Assembly (NCBI GenBank): GCA_047495785.1
Contig: JBLDXI010000001.1
Span: forward strand, 2,232,001-2,296,000
DNA length: 64,000 nt
Origin: Lepidodermella squamata
Lineage: Eukaryota; Animalia; Gastrotricha
Direction of reading: 5' to 3'
This document shows positions 1 to 12,425 of this stretch, piece by piece. Position numbers and translations under genes: made by a program. The notes beneath the pieces are model-generated. The model did not search any database. It saw only the letters and a program-made list of their open reading frames with translations, and had not been told where the DNA came from. Numbering within the stretch: the stretch's first letter is position 1; every line of letters begins with the position of its first letter.

Positions 1-427
1 TTTAGGTGAGCACAAACTTCGCTTTTACGCGAGCAATGCTTGCCACATATCGTACACAATAAATTTGGTCGATAATCTTCAACATTGCCTGCACCTGTGA
101 ATTAAACAGTAAATGATGTAGCAAGGAAAAACGTAACCAAAACTGACAGTGCTTCTCATGGTGCCCAGCTCTCCCGAGCTTAGAATACATATGTTCACAT
201 TTTCCGCATTTGAAGAGGGACGATTCGTCGTGCATGTGTTCCTGCTGACAAGTGACCGATTCGAAGACCCTAGCGCAAACTTGACACGTGCGGCTGCTTA
301 GCGAGAGAGTCGAATCATCCTTCTCTCCTAGTACCCAGCAAATTACAAACGAAACAGGATATGGAGAAAATGTAGAATATTGCAACTTACTGACTTCATC
401 AACTCCGAAGCTACTCACCTCAGCCAT
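1..427 (-). CDS. C2H2 zinc-finger gene, runs off the left edge
   Basis: CQVC..HMH (shortened) and CGKC..HEKHC fingers; phase-1 intron to an exon ending at about 94 that reads CTICGKH..AHL. Confidence 0.65.
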
Positions 428-526
428 GCAATAGATTCAGCTTTCAGCTTTAGAAAATCATTCAATCTAGAAGAAAACTACAGCTGAAAATTTCAAGAAA
501 AAAGTTTGCTTTTCTTCGAAAAAAGT

Positions 527-994
527 TCACGATGCAACGCTACGACGTTTCCTCACTATATCAGGATGAAATTTCGAACGATGCAAACTCCAGTGCGATT
601 GGTGGGCAAATTTTATCGAACAAATAGTACAGATGTAATTTTTCAGCGGCTCAGCTCTCTTGGCCCGCTTTCTATTACGATTCGAACTAATAGGCTTCGC
701 GCGCTCACGTTTTGTCCCATCCTGACCTTGAAGCGAAAAAACTGGCAGATCGTGAGCTTCTTGCTTGACATGATGGGAAGAAGTTCCAATTTTTTCGGCA
801 GAGAGACCGGATACAGGAACGATTCCTCGGCTGTTTGACTGAGCAGCTGAGTCAATCAAATCTCGAAGGTACAAGACCTGAGCCTGGCACATCTTTACAA
901 ACGACGCCAGTTTCTCGTCTTCATTCATTGTGAAAGTGAACAGCAACAGATCGACGTAATCTTTCGCCTTATCGAGTTTGCTCGACAATTCCAT
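527..994 (-). CDS. Helical N-terminus plus single C2H2 finger
   Basis: ATG at 994; CTICSIKFAHQSHWSLHRSKFH; basic NLS-like stretch. Confidence 0.75.
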   Translation of the reverse strand: MELSSKLDKAKDYVDLLLFTFTMNEDEKLASFVKMCQAQVLYLRDLIDSAAQSNSRGIVPVSGLSAEKIGTSSHHVKQEAHDLPVFSLQGQDGTKRERAKPISSNRNRKRAKRAEPLKNYICTICSIKFAHQSHWSLHRSKFHPDIVRKRRSVAS

Positions 995-1095
995 CGTCAA
1001 TAAAACTTAAAAGTAGCTAAAATGTCGTTAAAGCAACAATAACTGATTTTCGTTGATTGACAAGTTGAAACCTTCACGCAGGAAATGCAGGACTA

Positions 1096-1890
1096 TTAAG
1101 CCTCAATACCACCTCTGTGTATTTTCATATGTCTCCAAAGACTTCGAGAACGGTCAAAAATTTTAGGGCACAGTTTGCATTTCCACTTGACATTGTCGTG
1201 TTTCGCCAGCTCGTGATCCTTAGCGCTTCGACTCGAGGAGAATGATTTGTCACAAGTCAAGCATGAAAATCGCATAGGTTGATGTACTTCTTTGACATGG
1301 TTGTACAACGCTCTTTCACTTCGAAAAGGCAAAGTGCATTCGATGCATTCGTGGTCACCGCCATGCACGCCTCTAACATGTCTCTTCCAGCTTCTCAATG
1401 ACGAATAGATTATACAGCAATATTCACACTGCTGCCAAATCGTGGGACGATGGCTATGAAACAAGCGATCGTTAAGGTAACGTGCGCAACGAATTTTGAT
1501 GTGGCAGACAGGGCATTCTCGTGAATCGTCCTTTCCTGCGTGCACCGATTTTATGTGAGTATTCATATCACATTTCAATGTCCATTGCAGCCCACACATC
1601 GTACATGTGTAATTCGGATGATCCCATTTACCATTGCCTGCACCAAGTAATTATAGGGTTGTCGTCATTAAAAATCGTACAACTTACAATGCTTCTCATG
1701 GTGCCGAACTCCCCCGAGCGTTGAATAAGTCTGGGCACATTTTGCGCATTCGAAACCGGACGATTCGTAGTGGAAATGCACGTGTTCTCGCAAATAGGTG
1801 GCTGATTTGAAGACCCTAGCGCAAATTTGACATTTACGGCGGCCAAGCGAGAGGTCCTGGAATGAATCTCTCTTGTCATCTAATACTCGA
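1096..1890 (-). CDS. About 8-finger C2H2 gene, two exons, 5' end unclear or deleted
   Basis: ORFs 1668-1994 and 1096-1599 join in frame through a phase-1 T|GTAAGT..CAG|GC intron; no in-frame ATG at the paralogous position. Confidence 0.7.
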
Positions 1891-2584
1891 AACCACGAAA
1901 AGGCAATGGTTTTGAAGTTCAATAAATTTCCGATTACCAGTTTTGCTCGATATCGAGTCGTCTGCGGCCATGTAGTGATAATATAGAGCGTCACGATTTA
2001 TAACATCAACGTGTGCTGAAACAATAAATTTTTTGAAATGGGATAGGCTATTTGAACTAACAAAACACTCTCTCCATTAACACTGCATTATCAAGTCGCA
2101 ATCACAGCCTAATGAGCAATACAATTTTGTGACACCTTTTCATTAGCATAAATCTGTATAGCGAAAGTAATCAGTATCAAATACTGTCGACTTCATTTTT
2201 CTACTCTAGATTCTGTCTAGATTCTTAACAACGCGGCCCTTCGTCTTCCCGGTGGCGACGTTTGCGATGGCGATCGACATAGAAGCGATTATTTCTGAGC
2301 GTCTGTCGCAAGGTCCGTCTTCCTTCCGGCTCTATGCCTGCTGATGTTCACAAACTCGTGGACCCGCCCTTTAGGATCGGGATAGGATGGTTTCTCTCGT
2401 ACCCTGTTCCGTCTGCTGTCCGAAACTCAAAGCCTTTATACCGTTCTTCTGTTCATTCATCGAAGTGAACAGTAACAAATGGGTGTGAACTGTCCGCCCA
2501 GAGCTTGTCTGAAATTTACTTAATTGCGTACTAAATTAAAAAATGCTCTATATCAAATAAACGAGACGTTTCGACTGCTATAAA

Positions 2585-4147
2585 TTAATTATTCATGCAT
2601 AAAAATGCGTCAAATTTAGTACGGCGTAGATGCCGAGCCGAAAGCCAAGCCGAAATGTGCTTAGTTCGGTCATCTCGATTCATCGAACTCAACTGTTTCA
2701 AAATCACATTCGGATCGCTGAAAGACGCAGGTTCCAAAAAACACAAAATAAGAACTGAACGCTCGACCATCTCATCTGCAAGAGGTTGAGAATCAACAAA
2801 GCAAGGAGAGGTGCCGTTTAGAATCAGCTTGAAATCAGCCCGGAACAATCGCATGGCTTCAAAACTTGCTTCGATGGATTCCGTAACGATTTCCCTCTCA
2901 TCATCCAAATCAACAACCAAGCAAGACCACTCCACCTCGCGTAAACGAGCCCTTTCGATCTGAACCATACTCAGGGTGGTAATGACCAGGTCGAACCTAG
3001 GTTTCGGAGCTTCGCCATTCTTCATGGCCTTAGATTCGAAGCCGAATTCGTAAATCGCAATAGTATCTCGCTCAAATTTCGGACCGGAAAAATTGATTTT
3101 GTAAATATCATCGCCGCAGGTTTTATTCAATTTTTCCATCCATCGACCCAATTTTTCTAATGATGGAACGACTATCAGTACAGGCTCAGTCAGCAAATTT
3201 TCCTTGATCAAAGACGTGAGAAAAGAGGCAGCTACCAAGGTTTTACCTAACCCTGGCTCGTCGCCCAAAATAACACTTAGGTTCTTGAACCAAGCCGATC
3301 GAAGCCAATTGATTGCTTCCAATTGCGGCTTAGAAATGTGAACGTCCGATAAATAGCTTGGCTTCTCTGAAAACGGCATCATCGGCGCGAACTTATCGAA
3401 AATTGAGGCATAGTTAGTGCGCGGTTTCAGCCTGGTCTCGTATTTCTCAATCGCCTGCTTCAAACCCGGGATCAGATGGGTCTTAGCGACTTCCCAAGAA
3501 GCTTGGCTGTAGGGTAGATCAGACCATTTAACCAAATAGAGATTAGTATTTCGGTCAGGGTCACGTTTGTTGCCGATCACTCGTTCCGGGGTAAGCCACT
3601 CCGGTTTGACCCCATTTCGATAAAATCGGTCGTAGAGGAGATGAATGTCAAAATCTAGGTCGATTTCCGGTCGATCGAAACAGGGTGGTTCTGAATTCGG
3701 ATTGATACTGGCGAGGTATTCCTGACACATTTCCCGGTGGAAAATTTCAAGTTGAGTCTGCGAAATCCATTCACAATGCCAGTAGGAAATTTTTTGAAAT
3801 TTCACGAAAAAATCCCGAGGTCGTTCCGTTAGATCGGCCTCACTCTTCGGAAATTGATAGCGCCAAGTGAGGATTTTTTCGACCGGGGCTCGAAGTGGCA
3901 GGCGTCTACAGACCGGGCATCGCCAATCCCCGACAGGTATACGGCTCAGAGGAGGGTCGAGACATTTCAGGTGATAAGAGGCTGGACAGGTGTCACAGCA
4001 CAACAACTCGCCGCCATCTTGACATTTTCTACACCAATCTTCATTCACATCAGCTTCGGGCGAAGATGTCCCAGAATCGCTGGACTGAGGACTCGAACCA
4101 GTCATAGTAATTAATCTCAGAAAGAAAATTAGCGGAATTATTCTCAT
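2585..4147 (-). CDS. CHD3/Mi-2-like: Truncated Mi-2/CHD3/4-like protein: PHD, double chromodomain, SNF2 lobe 1 only
   Basis: PHD WCRKCQDGGELLCCDTCPASYHLKCLDPPL; chromo motifs FFVKFQKISYWHCEW, RFYRNGVKPEWL, YLVKWSDLPY; Walker A GDEPGLGKT; DEAH box replaced by VVDLDD; stops just after LRRTK; intronless; alternative ATG at 4105. Confidence 0.92.
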   Translation of the reverse strand: MRIIPLIFFLRLITMTGSSPQSSDSGTSSPEADVNEDWCRKCQDGGELLCCDTCPASYHLKCLDPPLSRIPVGDWRCPVCRRLPLRAPVEKILTWRYQFPKSEADLTERPRDFFVKFQKISYWHCEWISQTQLEIFHREMCQEYLASINPNSEPPCFDRPEIDLDFDIHLLYDRFYRNGVKPEWLTPERVIGNKRDPDRNTNLYLVKWSDLPYSQASWEVAKTHLIPGLKQAIEKYETRLKPRTNYASIFDKFAPMMPFSEKPSYLSDVHISKPQLEAINWLRSAWFKNLSVILGDEPGLGKTLVAASFLTSLIKENLLTEPVLIVVPSLEKLGRWMEKLNKTCGDDIYKINFSGPKFERDTIAIYEFGFESKAMKNGEAPKPRFDLVITTLSMVQIERARLREVEWSCLVVDLDDEREIVTESIEASFEAMRLFRADFKLILNGTSPCFVDSQPLADEMVERSVLILCFLEPASFSDPNVILKQLSSMNRDDRTKHISAWLSARHLRRTKFDAFLCMNN

Positions 4148-4230
4148 AATTTAGTTAGATAATATCTCATCACAAGTTTGAATTATCATATAAATAGTTT
4201 TCGAGCTGGTAGAAAATCGAACAGCGCTTT

Positions 4231-4608
4231 TCAACTTGGGTTCTTCCGGTCCTTTTTCGGGGTCTTCGGGAAAAACTCAGCGTACATGATGTCGAAGATG
4301 TTCGAGCCATGATCCTCCAATTCAATGTTTTCCGGGACATTTTCATCATTCTTCACGAGCTCAGATTTGACCATTCCAATTGTTTCGTTCATTCGAGCTA
4401 AGTAATTACCGGCGATAATTGCAGGAAGGGCTAAATTTTGAATTATTTCAATGAGAACCAAAAGGCAATTTACAAAGATTATACCCTCATCCTTAGTTGG
4501 TCTCTTGAAGGTCGATTCAAATAAAGTTGAAGCTTTCTGGCCAAGATCATGCAATTCTACAGCCAACTCAACGGGGTTCGGTTTTTTCGCCTCAGATTTA
4601 TCAGACAT
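4231..4608 (-). CDS. Small helical protein of unknown function
   Basis: 125-aa ATG ORF with TTTTAG acceptor just upstream, 55 nt from the previous stop. Confidence 0.6.
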   Translation of the reverse strand: MSDKSEAKKPNPVELAVELHDLGQKASTLFESTFKRPTKDEGIIFVNCLLVLIEIIQNLALPAIIAGNYLARMNETIGMVKSELVKNDENVPENIELEDHGSNIFDIMYAEFFPKTPKKDRKNPS

Positions 4609-4663
4609 GGCAAAGTTACCTCTAAAATAAATTGATGCAATTTATAAATATTTACTTAGCATC

Positions 4664-5193
4664 TTAAATCATTTTGTCAGCGTGGCTTCGCGAACGATGG
4701 ACTTTGAAACTGTTCAAGTTTTTGAAATTTTTCAGGCAGAGCGGACACTGCAGCTCGCCCATATCAGATTCCGAAATTCGCGACTTTCGTTTCCGTTTAT
4801 TCACGTCATGATCAGACAGATGCAAAATTAGACCACTTCTCTTTCCAAATTTTGCCGGGCAAACTCCACACGGCCATTTCAGCGCGGGTTCGTTAATTTT
4901 CCGAGGTTGACTCTTCAGAGGCTTCCCGACCTTATTACTCGGCTCTGGAACGGCCGGTGCCTTTTCAGGCATCACTTTTTCAACTATGGGCGGATTGTCC
5001 ATTTCCCGAATAAGAGATAAAAATTCTGGCTCTTTCATCTGGTACCTGAATTCGAGAGCCAACTCTGAAAAATCGTGAGAGAGAATATTTGAAAAAGTGG
5101 TTCCGCCAGTTCTACAGTACCGTGAACTAATTTGGCACCTTGGGTTTCCAGAATAGAGCTAGCGAAGTATTTCAGAAAGCTGTCGTGATTCAT
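4664..5193 (-). CDS. Two-finger C2H2 protein, two exons
   Basis: Exon 1 MNHDSFLK..LVH with phase-1 intron to TTTTTCAG; CGVC..HLSDH and CPLC..HRSRSH. Confidence 0.75.
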
Positions 5194-5243
5194 GAATATT
5201 CAAAAAGTTCAATCCTAAAAAACCAAATGGATTCTGAAGGAAA

Positions 5244-5862
5244 TTATTTTGAATTTTCACTATGCATCTTCGAAATATGAACTCGGACATTTGACTTATG
5301 TCGCATTGCAGCGGGGCAATAGGGACACTTGAAACCGACATGATCAGGGTTGTGCATGATTCGCAAGTGGCTCTTGATGTTCGACCTGTATTTCGACTTC
5401 AGCCCACAAATGTAGCAAGTATTCGACGACGCTTTCTTCGTTGTTGTTACATTCGATTTGCCATCGTTCTTCGATAATTTAGGTTGAGGAGATTTCCGCA
5501 AAGCGACAGCCTTGTTTTCGTTTGTTAAGGACAGGTCTTGGCTAGTCAAGTTCTCGAGTTCACGCTTAAAAGTAAGCTGCAGCTCGTTTTTCAGGCCTAC
5601 ACTAGGACGCTGTTTCGGTTGGGCTTGACTAGACTTCGAAGGCTCATTTTTCAAAATTCTCCACGCCTTCGAAATATTATTCATCATTTTCATCATTTCG
5701 TACATCATCACTTTGTCTTTACACGCCACAGAAATTTCTGAAGGAATAAATAAAAAATAGAGATAATTACAAGATCTTCCAGTACGATTCCTGAAGTTTA
5801 CCTCTGCTCTGACTAAGGGCTACTTCAAGAAGGCCTACAACCTCTGAATTCGAATAACTCAT
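5244..5862 (-). CDS. Helical N-terminus plus two C2H2 fingers, two exons
   Basis: ATG 5862, G|GTAAAC..TTCAG|AA in-frame join; CYIC..HLRIMH and CPYC..HISKMH. Confidence 0.75.
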
Positions 5863-5923
5863 CGTAAAATCAGTCTACAATCAAAGAATGTAGTAAAAAT
5901 AACAAATTTCATTGATCAATGTC

Positions 5924-6118
5924 AATGTTTCTCCGGGTGTTTGCGAGAGATGTGAGTAACAAGATTTCTTTTGTGCTTCTGAACCGTAGGGCAGTAAGGA
6001 CAAGAGAAAGTCGCGGTAGGATAAAAGACAATAAAATCCAATACAATTTTAATTAGAATCTAGGACCTTTGCTCAGCTTGAGACCAATTTGCACGAGATT
6101 GGAAGCTTTTACTGACAT
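5924..6118 (-). pseudogene. Zinc-finger relic not in the ORF track
   Basis: Reads FSCPYCPTVQKHKRNLVTHISRKH*, but the upstream ATG frame stops first. Confidence 0.55.
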
Positions 6119-6202
6119 AAATGTTTAATATTTTCCTAAATTTGTGAAAGCCGTCATACGAAAACAATCAAATTCTTTTAAAAAGTAGTCAACATGTGCC
6201 AA

Positions 6203-6568
6203 TTAATGGCGCTTCCTAGTGTGCTGCTGCAGATCGCGTTGATGCCGAAATTTGCTCGGGCATTGTTGACAAGCAAAGCGAGGTGGGCCGGATTCGTGCG
6301 TCCCCATGTGCTGAATTACGGCGCGTTTGTCTTTTAGTTGTACCGCACAAACAGGACAAGCGTTTTCAGGCACGTTTTCGAACGCGTAAGAAACGGCGGG
6401 TATTGGCTGAGAATTTGTATCAGCTAGTTTGCGTATGATGTCTTTCAGGCTTTCTAATTGTAGGATCAAGGAACTAGTAGCCGTATTTTCGCCGAATTTC
6501 TTTACGAGAGATTGCTTACACGATTCGATTTCACTCAACGCCAAGTCAAGCGTAACTACTTGAGACAT
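6203..6568 (-). CDS. Helical-hairpin/YAF/two-finger protein
   Basis: ATG 6568 (MSQVV); SYAFENVPENACPVC..HMGTHESGPPRFACQQC..HTRKRH. Confidence 0.85.
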   Translation of the reverse strand: MSQVVTLDLALSEIESCKQSLVKKFGENTATSSLILQLESLKDIIRKLADTNSQPIPAVSYAFENVPENACPVCAVQLKDKRAVIQHMGTHESGPPRFACQQCPSKFRHQRDLQQHTRKRH

Positions 6569-6693
6569 AAAAAATTCGGAAAACCTAAGCACGCAAATAT
6601 ATAACAAAAATAGAGAAATCAATTAATTGGAGCGACACGTTTCAAGGCCAGAAAAGAGACGATTCATTTTCAACCTCGAACATTTTTTCAGTG

Positions 6694-7042
6694 TCAGTAA
6701 TTGTGGAGCTTTTTCTCGTGCTGCTGCAGAGTGCGTTGATGGCGGAATTTGCTTGGGCAGCTCAAGCAAGCAAAACGAGGAGGTCCAGAGTCGTGGATAA
6801 CCAAGCTGCTTCAAGCTGAGCTTGTTTTTCAACTGTACGCTGCAAATCGGGCAGACATTTTCGGGAACAGATTCCAAGGTGTAGGCGAGTGCAGGCTGGC
6901 CGCCATTTTTCAGCTCGTTAACGGCTTGTCGCACATTTTCGATGTGCGAATGCAACGCGATGGTGTCTGAATTTTTCACCAATTTAGCGCAGATGGATTT
7001 GCAGTGTTCGATTTCAGACAGCACGTAATCAAACGATTTCAT
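6694..7042 (-). pseudogene. Frameshifted paralog of 6203-6568
   Basis: Frameshift inside finger 1 near 6805; the other frame continues HDSGPPRFACLSC..HEKKLH*. Confidence 0.75.
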
Positions 7043-7460
7043 TTGACAAAACACTACTTAGTCAAAAACTAAGAATTTTCAAGATACGTCAAAAATTTCA
7101 ACACACCACGAACTATGAATTTTGTGCAACGGCGTTGAGGAAAGGTTCAACAATTCGTCGACTAAGGTCCAACGTCCATTCGAGCGAATGCGATCGGATT
7201 CCAGGAAAGCCAATCAATTCATCGTGCTCAACTATTGCGGCACCAACAAAGTTGGGAAAACACGAGGCCGGATGACTAAGTTATGACATTCACAGCGGAA
7301 TTTTACCTTGCGTTTAATTCACTCATGCGCTATACACAGGAAACCATAGATATTGCAATACGTCATGTAGATTTTCGTTTACATTTTTATCGTGTTTATA
7401 ATAACAGTTTATAACGATGCTCACTATCTATATTTGTAGATAGGATAGTAGTTAGTCAGT

Positions 7461-8418
7461 TCAACCATGCAAATCAGCGATTGCATGTATTTTCATATGC
7501 TTATTCAGGGCGTCAGGACGTCTATAACTTCTAGAGCATAATTTGCATTTCCACTTGAAATTTTCATGCACCGATAGCTCGTGAGCCTTAACGCTGCTAC
7601 TCGTGGTGAATGATTTTCCGCAAGTCACGCACGGATATCGCAAAGATTGATGCACTCGCCTGTCGTGGTAAGACAAGGAACTTAGATTTCGGAACGTCAT
7701 CGAGCATTTCATGCATTCATAATCTCCGCGATGCAAATCTCTTACATGCTTCTTATAGCTTTCCACAGAGGTGCAATTCTGTCGGCAGTATTCACATTGC
7801 TGGAAGGGCGTAGGGCGATGATTCAGATTCATGTGCTTGAAGAGGTATAACGAGCATAAGAATTTGACTTGGCAGACGGGGCAGATATAGTCATCTTCCT
7901 TAGATTGACCTTGAACACTTCCAGCGATTTTATCTGAGAATTTGAAAATGACGTAGTCTATATTAAAAAACTCACAACCGACAGCACGTCTCGTGTTTGC
8001 GACATCCTATTTGCGTGAAAAACGCTTTTGGACATGCGGTGCATTTGAACATGGGTGAATCGTCGTGCAAATGCACGTGTATTCGCAGACCTCCGACTGC
8101 ACGCAACACCCTGTCGCAAATTGGGCACTTGTGGTTACCAAGCGAGGGGCCTTGATGTGAATCGCTTCCCATTCGATGCTTATTCTTACTGTGTCGGCGC
8201 AGATCACTTTGACGGCGGTATTCGCTCGGACATCTGGAGCAAACGAAGCTAGGAGGTCCTGTGTCGTGAACAGCCATATGCCTTTTCAAACGTGACAAGT
8301 TTTGGGACGGCACGTTGCAGATCGGACAGACATTACCGGAAACAGATTTCAATGGGTAGCCTACTCCGGACTTGCATTTTTCGATTCCAGGTATCATCTG
8401 ATCGAACGGTGGTTCCAT
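7461..8418 (-). CDS. 9-finger C2H2 gene (4+5), two exons
   Basis: ORFs 7972-8427 and 7461-7832; intron 7934-7982 has a weak GTCGGT donor. Confidence 0.8.
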
Positions 8419-8509
8419 TACGAGCAAATAATTAATAACCTAAACCACGGGAATAGCAAGCTAAAAGTTTGCTGAAGTTGTTAAGATTTCATGCAACACC
8501 TCAAACCTC

Positions 8510-8800
8510 CAAGCACTGATGCGCTGATGCGCTGATGGCGGAATTTGCTGGGGCAAGCGAAACGACGGGTTTCCATATTGTGAATGGCGCGTATTGGTAT
8601 TCCAATACGATGGATGGCATTCACAATATGGCAGCCATAAACTTAGCGATTCATTTCCAACCTCTAACGTTGTTTTTTCCATCAATTTTTTCTGTGAACT
8701 CAGGCGTTTATTCTCTTGCATCCACAGATCGCGTTGATGGCGGAATCAAACAATTTCATTCAACAATTCAGTGCTTGGCCAAAAGCCAAAAACTAGGAGA
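8510..8800 (-). pseudogene. Scrambled relic of a 6694-7042-like gene
   Basis: RFACPSKFRHQR fragments, duplicated and interrupted. Confidence 0.55.
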
Positions 8801-9211
8801 ATCAAAGATGCAAGTTACGTTTTGATCTCAACACACCGCGAAAGAGGAAATTAGGTACGTGTGAAAATGGATACAAGTAATTGAACCTTCACTCAAAGCA
8901 AGGGCTGTTCGATCGAATGCGGACTATTTTGCTGACAACAATTGTTCATAATTGGTTCCCAGGGAGTCGACCATTCCTGCGTTCTCCAGAAAATTCTGTT
9001 AAAAAGTATATAGCGGCGATACGAACAAATTAGGAAAACGCTAAGCCAGGTGACAATATTATGGCATTCACATCAGCGTTAAGCTACGATCCACTCCTGA
9101 AAGCATCGCCCAACACAGTATCCCATAGATATTGCCATTCATCATGCAGATTTTTGTTTTCAGGTTTATCGTGTTTATATGATCAAAGTTCATTAGTCAG
9201 TTTCAGTGCCA

Positions 9212-10161
9212 TCATGGGCAATTTCCGATGGTATGACTTTTCATATGCCTTGTCAGGTTAAAAGGACTGTTGTAACTTTTAGGGCATGATTTGCAATTCC
9301 ACATGACATTGTCATGCATCGACAGCTCATGAACCTTGACGCTGTTATTCGAGACAAATGATTTTCCACATGTCAAGCACGCAATTCGCAAAGACTGATG
9401 CACTCGCCTGACGTGATCATACAAGGAACTTTGATTTTCGTAAGTCCTGGAGCATTTAATGCATTCGTGGTCTCCGCGATGCACTTCTCTTACGTGCTTC
9501 TTGTAGCCTTCCATTGAGGTGCAAATCTTCCGGCAGTATTCACATTGCTGGAAAGGCGTAGGGCGATGATATCGATCCAAGTGATTTGAGAGGTATAATG
9601 AGCATAAGAATTTGACATGGCAGACGGGGCAAGTCCTGTCAGTCTCCATAGGTTGACCTATCTTATGGTTGAAAATGTTGCAGTTAAAAATCAACGAACT
9701 CACAACTCACAGCGCTTCTTGTGGTTGCGAAATCCGGATGTCGTGAAAAATGCTTTTGGACACGCAGCGCATTTGAACATGGGCGAATCGTCGTGCACAT
9801 GCATGTGTTCTCTTAGAACCTTAACCGAAATAAGCACCGCAGAGCAAATTGGACATGTGCGACTGCCAAGATGCGAATTTCTCTTTTTTTCTAAAACTGA
9901 TAATCTATTTTGAGATTGATGCTTCTTTTTTCCGTGTTGCTGCAGATCACGTCGACGGCGGAATATGCTCGGACAACTCGAGCAAGCAAAGCGAGGAGGC
10001 CCCGAGTCGTGGACAACCATGTGCATTTTCAAAATGTACAGCCTTTTGAAAGATTTGCCGCAAATCGTGCAAGTGTTACCGGAATCAGATTCCATGGTTA
10101 GGGATAATCCAGAATTGCATTTTTCGATGTTAGGTATCAGCTGATCGAATGATGGTTTCAT
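9212..10161 (-). CDS. 9-finger C2H2 gene (4+5), two exons
   Basis: MKPSFDQLIP start; HDSGPPRF, HDDSPMF and HRPTPFQQC linkers; T|GTGAGT donor at 9710. Confidence 0.85.
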
Positions 10162-10244
10162 TACGAGCGATTAATAAATCAACTAAATCACGGTAAATGG
10201 CAAGCTAAAAGTTCTCAAAAGCTGTTAATATTTTATGCAACTCG

Positions 10245-12425
10245 CTCCCTGAACCTAGGTCGCGTACCATCTGCAAGATCGCTGTCGATGCCAAACGTCG
10301 GCTCGACCAAGTGACAAAGGAAGATAAAGACAAGCCGCTCGGTGCCTGGCGCAGACCTTACAGCCCAAGCCTCGGCAAGGGCATGCTTTACGATAAGTGG
10401 CACCATCGCATCACCGCCAACCGCTGCAAACCCTGTCACCCGCAATCACTTCCAGTTGCCCGACGGAGCACGTCTGTTCGACATAACGGATACCCGGCTG
10501 CATTTAGTTCACGGAGGACATTGTCAGCCAATGCCCTGGGCTACCACGACGCTCACGCTTTCAGTTCCGATCTTATCCCTCCGCAGCCTATGAAGTACTC
10601 TGAAACGGGATCACAGCTGTCTGACACAACGGCAGACATCTTAGACAGAAAAAAATGTCAACACTTAAAATCATCCAGAGCAGTTCGATTATCAATTATT
10701 ATTACTAGCGGTCCATTTGGGCCTTCTAGGTACAACTTCGGTACAACTCTCCACTAGACGGAAGCATTTCACCACAAACAAGGTTCACTCAACTTCGACG
10801 GTCAATCAAGTCATGCAGTTACGCTCGGAGAACGCTGACATAGCGCCCTCGTATCACCGCCCGCCGTCTGGGCAGTCCCCTTCACACCTGCCTTCGTTCG
10901 ATGACCTTCGATGTCTGTTGACAGACCCCCGTCTCCCCCACCCCAGTTGTCAAGTCGTGCGTCGAGCCAACCCTTGCAACAAGCGTCGCCCAAACGTGTA
11001 AAATGGCGCGGAAGACCCGCCGCTTCCGCCCCCGACTCGTATGTCTGCTCCGACCCCCAGAAGCGCCTATCAACTACAAGTTCGTGATTATCGACCGCAT
11101 CACTGGCATGACTCGCGTGGAGCCGGAATCGGTCAAGGTTGCTCAGGTCAAGCTCTCGGCCATCTGCTACCGCCTGCCCTCCTGTTACACTGGCGACACT
11201 CTGCGCCCACTTTTCAGGTCCGAGTATATCGAGGAAATCCGCGAGGTTCCCCCGCTCCCTGGCAAACAGACGTCACCAATGGTGCTCTGTCTTCCGGCTA
11301 AGCATTACGAGGACGCGATGGCTAATGGTGTAAAGTTCCTGAATCGCCGCATATAAGGCTACAAGTTGAAAAGCAAGGGTCTCTCTCCTACCTGCCTGAA
11401 GTGCGCCGCTTACGGCCACGTCGCTGTCAATTGCTCTCCGAACAACACGCAACGACGCAGCCGTTGTGCTGCGACTTACCAGGCGATTTTCACCCGTCTC
11501 GCTGAGCCTGAAGATCGTCATTACCCCCACTGCAGTGGTGGCGGTGAGCCTCATCATTCTGGTTCATAGCGTGGCTGCCCTGCGTTCAAGACCGCCCAAG
11601 CTGAAGAGGTGGCTCGTCGCCATGCTATCACCGTCGCCCGTGAAGCGAAAGCTGCCGAGCGTGAAAAGCGTCTTCAACAAGCAAAGATTCCCGAACATCT
11701 ACGACGTGGCCCCACGCACTTACTTCCTCCTTCCTCTCGGCGGATCAAAGCCCGCTCTGTGGTCTCCCTCATCTCCTTCGTGGGTGCCTCCTTGGTGAGT
11801 GGCTCGCTCTGGATGTTGTCCCTTTCGCTGGCTCGTCTGTAGTTCGTTTTCTTACCGGCTATTGTCCGCCGACTTCGTTCTTAGTTCTTTGCTTCCTGGA
11901 ATCCGAGTTCGCTGGAGCCTCGGCCTCAGGTATTCCTCGTTTCTTTAGCGGGGTTTTCAATGGCAAGTCACCAATGGGGGTTCACAGTCGCGTGATTTCT
12001 GGAACCCTCACGGCTATTCCGCGCATCACTTCACCCGTCTCGGTCTGACTATTTTCTCTTCGTAAGCCACAGTAACCCACCTTCCCTCCCCACCCACCGC
12101 CTATCTGTCAGCTAAATATCTGTCAGCTCGACCGACAGATAATGACAGCGGCCCGGTAATTACTTCCCGGCTATGAAGCATCCGAAGAACGAGCAAGACG
12201 TAAACTCGCTAACAAGCCCTTTCAGTTTCGCCGTTCTCTAGACACAGCGGTACGCTATATAGCTCTTGAATTTAGGAATCGCCGCAGGTGCCGCGGCCGC
12301 TTTTCGGCCCCGCTGCGGGAGAGCCGATGCCTACAGCTGCCAAGGCGCTTACTCTAACAGTTTCGGTCATGTCCCTTTGCGGCCATCAACTACTCTGCAC
12401 ACGGGATTATACCTGCCTGGCACGA
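10245..12425 (+). mobile_element. Nest of decayed non-LTR retrotransposon fragments (gag/ORF1 plus probable RT-thumb piece)
   Basis: GC-rich insert; CCHC knuckle CLKCAAYGHVAVNC at about 11392, further CPHC..H..CPAF knuckle remnant; AKRRL..GAD remnant at about 10290; stops and frameshifts. Confidence 0.75.

Noticed and set aside
2230-2520. Downstream exon completing the CHD helicase, or a TE fragment
   Set aside because: No HELICc motifs seen on the minus strand; TE identity cannot be supported
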